Source of the DNA: Chthonomonadia bacterium
GTDB lineage: Bacteria; Armatimonadota; HRBIN16
NCBI GenBank assembly: GCA_013314755.1
Contig: JABUFA010000018.1
Location: forward strand, 1,472 to 65,471
Reading direction: 5' to 3'
DNA length: 64,000 nucleotides
Part shown: in pieces, positions 39,201 through 46,956 of the stretch
Numbering within the stretch: the stretch's first letter is position 1
Layout of the letters: each line of letters opens with the position of its first letter
Notes under the pieces: generated by a model
The model's database searches: none
What the model was told of the DNA's origin: nothing
The model's input: only the letters and a program-made list of their open reading frames with translations
Position numbers and translations under genes: made by a program

Positions 39201-41078
39201 CTACAGGCTGGTAATGGGCACCAAAACGCCACTACTTGCCAGAGCAAACGGCTCCGTGAGGTACTGGTCAAACGCACTGGTCGCCTCCACCTTCACCAGC
39301 ACCCGTGCATACGTACTGGAGACCACCACCTGCTGAACGTTGTCTATCGTGGAGTCCGAGACGCCGATGACGGCGTTGGTGCTCTCGTCAATCAGGGTGA
39401 GCTTCAGGCTCGCCAGGGCGCGCAGGTAGGTGTATCCCGAAGAGGCAGAAAAGCCCGCATGCCGATGCCACACGAGGGTGACTTTCCCTCCTGCAGGAAG
39501 CCGAGTGCGGAAATACGCCACACTGCCCGGTGCTCCCACAGCCCTTACCGAGCCGGTAGCATATTGCCGGTTGATAATGTGCTGCATCGCCGAGCGCAGG
39601 TCCACATATCCCCAGCCCCAGTTTCTATCCCAGCCGGCATCGCCTCGGTCCTCTGCGCTGTTTATCAGCACTGCCTTGAGCAGCAAGGGGTCATGGATGC
39701 CCACATCATGCAGCAAGGCAAGCGCACCGGCAACGTGAGGCGCAGCAACGCTGGTTCCGCTGGCAGAGCCGAAACTGCTGCCCGACCCTGTTGTGGTGGA
39801 GATATTGTTCCCGGGCACGGTAATGTCTGGCTTCTTGCGTCCGGCAACCGTCGGTCCCTTACTGCTGAAACTGGCTATCGTGTCATCACTTCGCGATACC
39901 GTACCTTTATCATCCGAACCGGCGACGGCGATGCCGTTGTAACAGGGTGCAGGGGTAAACAGCGTTTTCTGTGTGCCCCCTCCGTTGCCTGCTGCGATAG
40001 AGAGCGGTATCTGGTAAGTGTAGATGAAGGCATCAAACGCCCGCGTCAGGGGGTCGTCATCTACACTCGTGGAAGCGCCAAAGCTGAAGTTAATACCCGC
40101 AATGCCCACGCCCTGGGGAAGGGGAGCCTCGCGTGCCGCCCAGTCCAGCGCAACGAGGGCATCGGCGGCGTTCATGGAGCCTCCGCCCGTTGTGGTGCGG
40201 TAGCCTGCCTTCAGGATAACGCCATATCCCGCAAACGGAGCCACTCCCTTCTTGCTGGCAGTGTTGGCTAACGCGCAGCCAGAGACCATGGTTCCATGTC
40301 CCTGCAGGTCGCGGGCAGTCATGTAATTGTCGCCATATACTGAATTGCCGCTGGAGTCGGTATCCAGTCTGCCGTAATCGTGAAATGCCTGAATGCCGCT
40401 GCCTAATCCAGACACGGTGCGGTTAGGAATAATCCACGTGTGCCCGCTTAGTGCAGTGTGAACATAGTTCACGCCAGTATCCATGATTGCTACCGCCCAG
40501 GTGGGCGCTGTGTAGCCCTCGTCCCAGACCGCCGGAGCCAGTATGGTTGGAGTGGAAACATCCAGCTGCGCCTGAAGCAGGGAAGGCTGCCACACCTCCG
40601 CCACCTCCGGAATTGTCTGCAGGTCGCGCACACGCCACGCAGGAACCCTCACCGCAAAGGCGTTGATAAAAGGAATGTGCGCCAGAACAGTGCCGCCAAG
40701 CCTCGCCAGACGCATGGTGAGCACCCACCGCGAGCGTGTCAGACGCTCCAGCGAATCCATATACACCACCTGGCGATAGGTGTTCAATGCCTCGGCACTT
40801 TGCGTCTGTGCAGCGAGGTGCGCGCCGACAAGCATGTCGGGGGGCACCGCAGGGTTTCCCGCAAGCGCACGCCATGCCAGGTCTATCTCTTCCAGCTGGC
40901 GCCGCAGAGACGGCTGCCACCGCTCGGCAGAATCCGCCATCGGCTGTTCCTTCATCGTCACCCAGACGACCTGGTACGGCGAAGGCACAGGCACAGGTGC
41001 TCTTACCGGTTTCTGCGCAAACGCGCTCGCGGCTAACAGCCAGATTGCCAGCGAGAACGTTGCTATCTTGCGGTACAT
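39201..41078 (-). CDS. secreted S8 family serine peptidase (subtilase) with N-terminal propeptide-like region
   Basis: AIMDTGVNY (Asp), GHGTMVSGCA (His) and GTSVAAPHVAG (Ser). Start set at MYRKIATFSLAIWLLAASAFA (AGGAG SD upstream) rather than the track ATG 24 nt further upstream. Confidence 0.8.
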   Translation of the reverse strand: MYRKIATFSLAIWLLAASAFAQKPVRAPVPVPSPYQVVWVTMKEQPMADSAERWQPSLRRQLEEIDLAWRALAGNPAVPPDMLVGAHLAAQTQSAEALNTYRQVVYMDSLERLTRSRWVLTMRLARLGGTVLAHIPFINAFAVRVPAWRVRDLQTIPEVAEVWQPSLLQAQLDVSTPTILAPAVWDEGYTAPTWAVAIMDTGVNYVHTALSGHTWIIPNRTVSGLGSGIQAFHDYGRLDTDSSGNSVYGDNYMTARDLQGHGTMVSGCALANTASKKGVAPFAGYGVILKAGYRTTTGGGSMNAADALVALDWAAREAPLPQGVGIAGINFSFGASTSVDDDPLTRAFDAFIYTYQIPLSIAAGNGGGTQKTLFTPAPCYNGIAVAGSDDKGTVSRSDDTIASFSSKGPTVAGRKKPDITVPGNNISTTTGSGSSFGSASGTSVAAPHVAGALALLHDVGIHDPLLLKAVLINSAEDRGDAGWDRNWGWGYVDLRSAMQHIINRQYATGSVRAVGAPGSVAYFRTRLPAGGKVTLVWHRHAGFSASSGYTYLRALASLKLTLIDESTNAVIGVSDSTIDNVQQVVVSSTYARVLVKVEATSAFDQYLTEPFALASSGVLVPITSL

Positions 41079-41187
41079 ACGCCCATCTCCTTTCCCGCCC
41101 AATCACGCAGGCACTTCATTTTCTCATGTTCGCACTATTTTGGCAAGAGGTACGGGCTGGTAAAGTTAGCGGTTTTTCTACCTGCCC

Positions 41188-41223
41188 GGAAAACAAGAGG
41201 CAATCCCTTACCGGAATTGCCTC
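41188..41223 (-). terminator. rho-independent terminator after the transketolase subunit genes
   Basis: On the minus transcript: GAGGCAAT-11-nt loop-ATTGCCTC, followed by UUGUUUUCC. Located 20-55 nt after the stop at 41243. Confidence 0.55.
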
Positions 41224-41242
41224 ACTGTATGTGCCAAAATGT

Positions 41243-42208
41243 TTACACAGCTGCCTTCTGGCGCATGTTGACCAGCTCCCTTGCTTCCCGGGCGATGTCG
41301 TCGGCGGTTAAGCCATACTTGCGCATCAGCGCGTCTGGTGCGCCCGATTCGGCGTAGTCGTACAATCCGACGAAACGCATCGGCACGGGATGCAGACGCG
41401 CAACCGCCATGGCTACCTGCGACGCCAGCCCGGTGTAAAGCAAATGCTCCTCGGCAACCACGATGGCGCCGGTCTCTCGCGCCGCCTTCTCAATGGTGGC
41501 TTCATCCAGAGGGCGTACGGTGTGCATGTCCAGCACGCGAGCCGAGATGCCTTCCTGTTCCAGAGCCTCAGCGGCGTCCAGCGCCGCGGCAACCATCAGC
41601 CCATTCGCAATCAGGGTGACGTCTCGTCCCTCACGCACGGTGATTGCCCTGCCAATTTGGAAGTCGGGACATCCGTTCTCGTACACGATGGGCGCCTTGG
41701 GACGCCCAACACGAATATATACCGGTCCCACATGCTCGGCGGCAGCGCGCACCGCAGCGCGCGTCTCCGCGGCGTCGGCGGGAACCATCACCACAAAGCC
41801 GGGCAGAGATAACGCCAGCCCGATGTCCTCGTGCCCCATCTGCGACACGCCGTCCTCACCGATGGAGATGCCTCCATGCGTGCCCACAATCTTCACGTTG
41901 TTGCCGCTGTAAGCGACCGCCAGCCGCATCTGATCAAACGCCTTGCACATCACAAAGCAGGCGAAGCTGGACGCGAAGGCGATTTTGCCTGCGGACGCCA
42001 GACCAGCTGCGATGCCCACCATGTTCGCCTCGGCGATGCCCACGTTGAAGAACCGGTCAGGAAACTCCTGCGCGAAGTACTTGGTCATGGTGGACTTGGA
42101 AAGGTCGCCATCCAGCACCACGATATTCGGGTTCTCACGCCCCAATTCTGCCAGTGCTTTTCCATATGCTTCACGGGTGGCTTCACCCAGTGGTCTTGCC
42201 ATTGCCAC
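41243..42208 (-). CDS. transketolase C-terminal subunit (split transketolase, pyrimidine-binding + C-terminal domains)
   Basis: Transketolase pyrimidine-domain pattern FNVGIAEANMVGIAAGLA...GGISIGEDGVSQMGHEDI. Confidence 0.85.
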   Translation of the reverse strand: MAMARPLGEATREAYGKALAELGRENPNIVVLDGDLSKSTMTKYFAQEFPDRFFNVGIAEANMVGIAAGLASAGKIAFASSFACFVMCKAFDQMRLAVAYSGNNVKIVGTHGGISIGEDGVSQMGHEDIGLALSLPGFVVMVPADAAETRAAVRAAAEHVGPVYIRVGRPKAPIVYENGCPDFQIGRAITVREGRDVTLIANGLMVAAALDAAEALEQEGISARVLDMHTVRPLDEATIEKAARETGAIVVAEEHLLYTGLASQVAMAVARLHPVPMRFVGLYDYAESGAPDALMRKYGLTADDIAREARELVNMRQKAAV

Positions 42209-42231
42209 TTCCTCCTGTCACACGCTTGTAG

Positions 42232-43083
42232 TCAGTCGGCAAGCTCCGCCAGAGCCTGCTCCAGCTCTGCCTGCGTGGGCGCTTTGCCGTGGAACTCGTT
42301 GTTGTTCTCCATGAAGGAGACGCCTTTGCCCTTCACGGTGTGCGCGATGATAATGGACGGCTGTTCGCGCGGCTCCTTCGCCCAGTGCAGAGCGTCCAGA
42401 ATCTCCTGCATGTTGTGTCCGTCAATCTCACGCACCGCCCAGCCGAACGCCTCCCACTTGGCGACGATGGGTTCGATGCTCATAATCTCGCCAATCGCAC
42501 CGTCCAGCTGATAGCGATTATAGTCCAGAATGGCGGTCAGGTTGCCCACACGGAAGTGCGATGCCGCCATCGCCGCTTCCCATACCTGTCCCTCTTCCGA
42601 CTCGCCATCGCCTATCATTACGTAAACCCGATACTGCCTGCCGTCCAGACGAGCGGCTAACGCCATGCCCAACCCGATGCTCAGCCCCTGTCCGAGGCTG
42701 CCGGTAGAAGCCTCCACAGCGGGCAGGTCTTTCACCGAGGGGTGTCCCTGCATGGGGGTATCAATCTTACGCAACTGCCACAGCCACTCTTCCGGAATGA
42801 AACCTGCCTCCGCCAGCACGGCATACAGCGCAGGCACGGCATGTCCCTTGCTGAGGATAAAGCGATCGCGCTCCTCCCAGCGCGGGTTTTTGGGGTCATA
42901 GCGCATGATGCCGCCGAGGAAGAGTGCGGTGAGGATGTCTATTGCGGAAAGGGAGCCGCCCGGGTGCCCACTGCCGGCAATTGCCAGCATCTTCACGATG
43001 TGCCGACGCAGTTTACGCGCCGTCCTCTCGAGCTGTTCCACAGAAACGTCCGTTGTGACCAACGCACCGACCTCCTGAGTCAA
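42232..43083 (-). CDS. transketolase N-terminal subunit (TPP-binding)
   Basis: GSGHPGGSLS and GDGESEEG TPP-binding motifs. The annotated TTG start is uncertain. Confidence 0.85.
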   Translation of the reverse strand: MTQEVGALVTTDVSVEQLERTARKLRRHIVKMLAIAGSGHPGGSLSAIDILTALFLGGIMRYDPKNPRWEERDRFILSKGHAVPALYAVLAEAGFIPEEWLWQLRKIDTPMQGHPSVKDLPAVEASTGSLGQGLSIGLGMALAARLDGRQYRVYVMIGDGESEEGQVWEAAMAASHFRVGNLTAILDYNRYQLDGAIGEIMSIEPIVAKWEAFGWAVREIDGHNMQEILDALHWAKEPREQPSIIIAHTVKGKGVSFMENNNEFHGKAPTQAELEQALAELAD

Positions 43084-43304
43084 AGGTTCATTCGTTATTC
43101 TATCCCGATAGCGCAGGGGTTGTCAAACGAACAGGGGAGGGGCGAGCAAACCTTTACCTCTCTCTGGCTACCAGTCCAGCCAGTTCAGGGTAAATCCTTC
43201 CGGAACCAGCCAGGATAACTGTTTGCAATCTCTGTCGGAGACCAGGTAAATCCACATCTGCACATCCCACGGGTTGAGAACTGCCACAGGGCTGCCCTCG
43301 TCGC

Positions 43305-44546
43305 CTACCAGCTGCCCCACCTGATCCTCGTGAGGGGAAGCATTCCTGCCACTTCAGACCGAACCTTTGTCGCTATAGCCAAAGCCCTCTTCTCTATTCG
43401 GCTGCGCCATATCGCTCCCTGCAGCCAGTGTATCAGTGTGTAGCCTAATTCGTAAACTTCAGCAACCTGCCTTTTGTCCGGTGAGAGCAGAAATAGTTTG
43501 GGCGTATAGGCATTACTGACGATAATCGGCGGGTCCGTACCGCGGATGTGAATAATCCACAGGGCATCTCCCATCAATGGGTTCGCCTGTTTTAACACCA
43601 GTGGCTTCTCCAGTACCGCCACGCGGTCAGCAGAAATCCATCCCCGTACACTCCAAATCTCCTGACGGAGTTCTGGAAGCGCAGACACCACCAGTGCACT
43701 TTTGCCCTCAGCGTGCCCCTTTACCAGAAAGCCCACAAGCGCCCCATTACGGGTGACAATGCATGGCACAAGCACCTGCTGGTGAGTGTCTACCACATCC
43801 AGAGCGATATGTTCGCCATCAGGAGACCAGTGAGGGTTCAATTCCAGAAAGTGCGACGGTAAGCGCGTGAGGAGGCGTACATGGCGCAGTTCACCGTCTG
43901 GTAGCACCTCTGCCACCGCAATTCTGCTTTCCAGACGCCCGACCTCTGGCACAGCGCGGTATACTTCAAAGGCGACCCGCTTTCCATCCGGCGAGAAGCT
44001 CAGCGCGCCGATGTGATGACCTCTGAAATGTTCTTCAGTGGTGATGAATGGGCGGGCGACCAATCTTTTGTCGTTTACCCGAACGGACCATATGCCTCTT
44101 GAAAAGCCCGGTCTTAGACCCATCACTTGCAAAGTGGGAGGAAAGGCGTAAAGACTGTTACTGTATGCAACGGACAGAAACAACGTCGTACCATCTGGGC
44201 TCCAGCCAAGCAGTTCGCCCTCGTCAAAATCAATTCCTTCAATGGGTCTTCGCTTCCCCGCCCTGTCCGAGATGAAGAAGTTCCTATCCTGTGCGAACGC
44301 AAAGAGGGTATGCTGGGGGTTCCAGAGAGGCGTCTTCGCGTCCTCAATGAGCAGGCGCAGTTTGTCGGTTTCGGGATTGTAAGCCCAGATGCCTTCGCGC
44401 AGGGTTTTGCCCGTTTGACCGCTGGCTTCCAGAAGAATCTCCCTGCCGCTCAGCGGTGGGCGAAATTGTTGCGGAAGACACTCCTCCCATCCCATCGTCA
44501 GAACGCTCAGGCAAACGGAACACCAGACCAGCACATTTTTGAACAT
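43305..44546 (-). CDS. secreted hypothetical protein with WD40-like (PD40) beta-propeller repeats
   Basis: WSPDGT, FSPDGKRVAF and WSPDGEHIA repeats. Signal-like MFKNVLVWCSVCLSVL start. Confidence 0.5.
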   Translation of the reverse strand: MFKNVLVWCSVCLSVLTMGWEECLPQQFRPPLSGREILLEASGQTGKTLREGIWAYNPETDKLRLLIEDAKTPLWNPQHTLFAFAQDRNFFISDRAGKRRPIEGIDFDEGELLGWSPDGTTLFLSVAYSNSLYAFPPTLQVMGLRPGFSRGIWSVRVNDKRLVARPFITTEEHFRGHHIGALSFSPDGKRVAFEVYRAVPEVGRLESRIAVAEVLPDGELRHVRLLTRLPSHFLELNPHWSPDGEHIALDVVDTHQQVLVPCIVTRNGALVGFLVKGHAEGKSALVVSALPELRQEIWSVRGWISADRVAVLEKPLVLKQANPLMGDALWIIHIRGTDPPIIVSNAYTPKLFLLSPDKRQVAEVYELGYTLIHWLQGAIWRSRIEKRALAIATKVRSEVAGMLPLTRIRWGSW

Positions 44547-44671
44547 CTTTACCACCACCTCATAAGAAGGACACAAAAACGGTTGCGAACGGTGCTAATA
44601 GGCTCGTGGACCCGGCTTCGGCAGGCGCCAGTAAGCAGTAAACCTGTTATCCCTTGCGATTTCGTCCGTTT

Positions 44672-45712
44672 CTAACCTGATGGGAACAGACTGTAGGTGT
44701 TCTCCTGGCTCCCTGGCAAAACGCCCCAATACATTGCCCTCTTTGTCCAAAGCAACACACACCTGCCGTATGGATGTGGCTTACTATCATTGTAAGCAAG
44801 CCAAATTAAGAACAGGTTGTCGGCTGAATGCCGGGCTGCGCCCTCCACACGCCCTGGTAAAACACGTATTCGTCGCAGGCAGCCTGCGCCATCAAACACA
44901 AAGATTAGTCCGCACCTGTCACGTCCCTGAAGATGTCCTACCGCCACCAGAACGCGAGCTCCGTCGCGTGTTACCGCACACCAGAACGCCATCATCCGGG
45001 TTTGCTTCTCATGTTCACGGCGCCATTCCTCTACTATCGGCTCTCCTGTAACAGATTGGATACGCGCCAGCGTTTCCCATACAGGCAGAGCAGATGTCCA
45101 TCGTTCCCCGCTGGTAGCGTCGAAACTGACCACCCTGTAAGCTTTCGAACCTCCCGAAAGAACGATGGCTTGATACCGATCGTTGATATTGCCACAAAAC
45201 TGGCTCCAGCTCTCGTGAATGAGACCCCACCCAGCTGGAGGCTTCCACTGCCATACTACTTCTTCCCACTCATCCAGACCAAGCGCAGGAGTGTTGGGAG
45301 ACCGCCAGCGTAAATGCTTGCGAACTGCCTTGAGGCTAACAACTGACGGACCCGCGCCACCAGTGCCTATTATTTTGCTGAGGTTAACAGGTTCGGAAAG
45401 CACCCCCTTAATATGTGGGTACGGAAAGACCAAAGCATACATGGAGCTAGGATCTTTGTCAGGATTATCCCATACCGACGAGTGCAGTTCGCGATGAGTC
45501 AAAGAGGATGGAAGCCCCATCGACTTGTAAAGCCCGTATCCCTCTTCGCTGGATCCTGTCCACGTGGGGTACAGGGGAGGAACCATCTTGGTCCACTCCC
45601 AGTTTGACTCTACATCAAACTTCACCGTGGAGATGCTCTCCTGGGCGTGTGCACATGCTGACAGTACCAGTATCATCACGCTGAGGCTGCATATTGTGGT
45701 TCGGTTTCTCAT
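44672..45712 (-). CDS. secreted hypothetical protein
   Basis: Signal peptide MRNRTTICSLSVMILVLSACAHA. 346 aa, no recognised domain. Confidence 0.45.
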   Translation of the reverse strand: MRNRTTICSLSVMILVLSACAHAQESISTVKFDVESNWEWTKMVPPLYPTWTGSSEEGYGLYKSMGLPSSLTHRELHSSVWDNPDKDPSSMYALVFPYPHIKGVLSEPVNLSKIIGTGGAGPSVVSLKAVRKHLRWRSPNTPALGLDEWEEVVWQWKPPAGWGLIHESWSQFCGNINDRYQAIVLSGGSKAYRVVSFDATSGERWTSALPVWETLARIQSVTGEPIVEEWRREHEKQTRMMAFWCAVTRDGARVLVAVGHLQGRDRCGLIFVFDGAGCLRRIRVLPGRVEGAARHSADNLFLIWLAYNDSKPHPYGRCVLLWTKRAMYWGVLPGSQENTYSLFPSG

Positions 45713-46119
45713 TGTCGCGATACCTCCGCCAGAGCATTATCGTTGTCCAAAATCCAGACCAAGGTGTTGGTTTGGATTAACCTGTCCCCATGTACGTATC
45801 ACACCATACGTCCTCGTCCACCAGATAGCCCTTCTCTATGGGAGAGCAATAATTGGACGTACTCCTGCGTCGCCGGGTAACACAGCCCCGATGCACGGTT
45901 CTAATCGTCCTCCCAGTAAGCACCGCTACCGGCTTCTGTAACCGCCCACCGTCCGTGAGTTAGGTTGGAACAGGTGGTGGAACAATCGGATAGAAGCTTA
46001 AGAGCAGCTCGTATCTGCGAGATTTGAACCGCTGAAACACGGCTTCAGCAATAACCTGCTTGGGTGCGACTTCTACACACTGCCTCCGTGGTTGCCTGAC
46101 TGCCCCCAGCTCCTCGAAG

Positions 46120-46150
46120 TTGACAACATGCCCCTCTTCCCCGTATAATG
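46120..46150 (+). promoter_or_regulatory. near-consensus sigma70 promoter (TTGACA-18-TATAAT)
   Basis: GAAGTTGACAACATGCCCCTCTTCCCCGTATAATGCAC. Located about 40 nt upstream of the HAD gene ATG. Confidence 0.55.
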
Positions 46151-46188
46151 CACAAGGAAGGCATTTTTGCAGAATACACTACTGGTAG

Positions 46189-46923
46189 ATGGGGAGTGCA
46201 TTGACAGCGACACAGCCACCTTATCGTTGCGTGCTGTTCGATATAGACGGTACTCTGGTCGACACCGTGGAGTTAATCGTCCGCGCTTTAGACCATACTT
46301 TCCGCAAACATCTGGGGGTATAGATTTCGCGAGACGAGTTGCGTCGGACTATCGGGCTTCCGTTGCACCGGCAGGTACGCCTGTTCGATCAACTGGTAGA
46401 CTTTGTGCCTGACCACCACGCGATGGAGGCGGATGAAATCGCCTACTACGAGTCGCATAAACATCTGGAACGTGTGATACCCGAAGCGGTGGACGCCTTG
46501 AAAGAGGCAAAGCGAGCCGGGCTTTCCATCGCGCTGGTTACCTCCAAGAACAGGCTGGAGCTCGAGACGTTCCTGCCTCGCCTGGGCCTAAACGGCTGGA
46601 TAGATGTGGTCATCAGCTCGTCCGATGTAGCTCGTCCCAAACCCGCGCCCGATTCGGTGCTGGCGGCGCTGGAAAAGCTGGACAGGTTGCCGCACGAGGC
46701 GCTGTTCGTGGGCGATACGGTGTACGACATTCACTGTGCGCGAGGCGCAGGAGTGAAGGTCATCGCTGTCGGCTGGGGCGCACACCCGGTGGAGATGCTT
46801 CGCGCCGAGTCGCCCGACTGGCTATTTGAAGAGCCTGCGCAACTTCGGGAGTTCTTCCGTTCGCTCGCCCGACGCGAAGGCGACGAGGTGGCTGGTGTCG
46901 GCATCCCCGCGGCGCATGGATAG
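46189..46923 (+). pseudogene. HAD-superfamily phosphatase (phosphoglycolate phosphatase-like) interrupted by an in-frame TAG at 46321-46323
   Basis: N-terminal MGSALTATQPPYRCVLFDIDGTLVDTVELIVRALDHTFRKHLGV, then a stop, continues in the same frame as ISRDELRRTIGLPL... through HAD motifs SKN (Ser/Thr), K and GDTVYD to 46923. Confidence 0.55.
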
Positions 46924-46956
46924 TCGCGGAATCGAAGAAGGAGGCTGTCGAACAAG

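Noticed and set aside
32288-41102. PEP-CTERM substrate among the locus proteins (for example the adjacent S8 protease)
   Set aside because: None of the C-termini in the window end with a PEP motif followed by a TM helix and an Arg-rich tail.
45990-46060. tRNA-like or TPP-riboswitch-like element in the long intergenic regions (45713-46188 and 43084-43304)
   Set aside because: No cloverleaf with T-loop GTTCRANYC or anticodon arm could be drawn. No conserved riboswitch core (for example CUGAGA for TPP) is present. Only a hairpin related to the 12.8-kb repeat family was found.
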